Part shown: positions 62,812 to 64,000 of the stretch, piece after piece
Layout: each line of letters opens with the position of its first letter
Position numbering within the stretch: position 1 is the stretch's first letter
Assembly: GCF_006345805.1 (NCBI RefSeq)
Contig: NC_042999.1
Location: 88,164,001 to 88,228,000 of the forward strand
Direction: 5' to 3'
Source of the DNA: Octopus sinensis
Lineage: Eukaryota
DNA: 64,000 bases
The notes under the pieces: generated by a model
Databases searched by the model: none
Seen by the model: only the letters and a program-made list of their open reading frames with translations
Told to the model about the DNA's origin: nothing
Program-made: the position numbers and the translations under genes

Positions 62812-63130
62812 CAAAAGACCGAAATTTTGGGGAAGGGGGCCAGTCGATTAGATCGACCCCAGTGCGCAAATGTTACTTAATCCATCGACCCCCGAAAAGA
62901 TGAAAGGCAAAGTCGACCTCGGCGAAATTTGAACTCAGAACGTAAAGACAGACGAAATACCTATTTCTTTACTACCTACAAGGGGCTAAACACAGAGGGG
63001 ACAAACAAGGACAGACAAACGGATTAAGTCGATTACATCGACCCGAGTGCGTAACTCAGAATGTAATGGCAGACGAAATACTGCTAAGCATTTCGACCGG
63101 CGTGCTAACATTTCTGCCAGCTCGCCGCCT
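62812..63130 (-). mobile_element. Tandem SINE B (63130-62961, internally deleted) + 5'-truncated SINE B' (62960-62812)
   Basis: Two head/core segments in the same orientation, each with a different tail. Confidence 0.85.
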
Positions 63131-63649
63131 TACCTCGTTTACATGTATGCCTAATCAAACCCAAACGATAAACTTCCTTTGTCAAACCATAGAAACTGTC
63201 TCCTTCATCCTTTCCTCTCAGCAAACTCTCTAAGACAAATACTGTCCACCTGACTTTCTCTCTGATCCCTTTACTGCATAATCATTTTTTATCTGCTTAC
63301 ACTACACGTGATTAATATTTACGTTCCACCAAACAAATCACGCATGAAAAAATAATGAAACCTGAAAGGCTAAAGTAAACCAAGGTTTAATGATGTCTTG
63401 TAATCCGACAGTTCAACGTTTCTACCAGCCTTCAAATTTTCGACACACACACAAACACACATTTATATATACATGTGTGTGTGTGTGGTGTGTGTGTGTG
63501 GTGTGTGTGTGTGGTGTGTGTATTTCGCTTAGGCACTGTGAGATTAACAATCTAGTGTAGAACTCAATATACATATGTTTCAGAATAAAGTGCCCGATGA
63601 GTAGATAGCAGTAATAAAAAATGAGATGATACCGATAAATATACACCCA

Positions 63650-64000
63650 CGAGAGTGGGCTGAAAATTTATAGGCTGATAGGCTAACGATGAAGGAACGA
63701 TGCTAAAGCTGTGAAATCTTGCGTGCAATAATTTCAATACACTTATTAATAGCTATACTTTTTCTTTCCAGCTAAACTGACAATTGACTGTTCAAAGAAG
63801 ATTCAAATGTAACTAATAGTGACATCTCTTGAAAATGGACAAAAATTGGCATCGTAGTGTTACCATGTACCTGCAGAGAAGGGCTTTAACCCCAAGCAGA
63901 TTCATGCCGATAGTGTTGCTACATTGGGGTATCACGCTTAATAGTGCAAAAGTGGGCGGCTGAATTACGGGAGGAAAGGAGTCTTGAAGATGACCCAAAA
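63650..64000 (+). mobile_element. 5' end of a decayed mariner (irritans-like); runs off the window
   Basis: TIR-like CGAGAGTGGGCTGAAAA at 63650; ATG 63835; frameshifted MDK..HRSV..YL..KGLTPKQIHAD.VATLG...KWAAE..RSLEDDP. Confidence 0.75.

Noticed and set aside
1-64000. CRISPR arrays, rRNA or prokaryotic operons
   Set aside because: No regularly spaced repeat-spacer units or rRNA-like sequence; the DNA is eukaryotic repeat-rich.

Overview
AT-rich, microsatellite-dense eukaryotic DNA. The SINE families and repeat style suggest an octopus/cephalopod genome; this is an inference, not a database match. No host protein-coding gene is supportable: the window is almost entirely transposon and repeat sequence. 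(1) A young, nearly intact 6,144-bp Helitron (14361-20504, TC...hairpin-CTAG, A|T target). Its RepHel ORF is split by one -1 frameshift (ATGA overlap) and begins with nine 23-aa STPR-like repeats. (2) A decayed Hsmar1-like mariner, a DD41D/rosa-type deletion derivative, two mariner MITEs, a hAT-like MITE and a 906-bp long-TIR MITE with an 8-bp TSD. (3) A cluster of L1/Tx1-like ORF1 elements whose 3' tail is shared with a tRNA-derived SINE. (4) Relics of RTE, CR1-like, hAT and Penelope-like (PLE) elements. (5) Four tRNA-derived SINE families in many copies. The most notable unexplained signal is a set of self-cleaving-ribozyme motifs. There are four well-formed and several decayed minimal hammerheads in short PLE-type modules. 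One pair forms a TSD-flanked foldback built as tRNA-like Pol III head + (AAT)n + hammerhead tail, which looks like a ribozyme-bearing, PLE-mobilised SINE. There is also an HDV-like fold at the exact 5' end of an RTE fragment. All structures were read by eye; none was folded or searched computationally.
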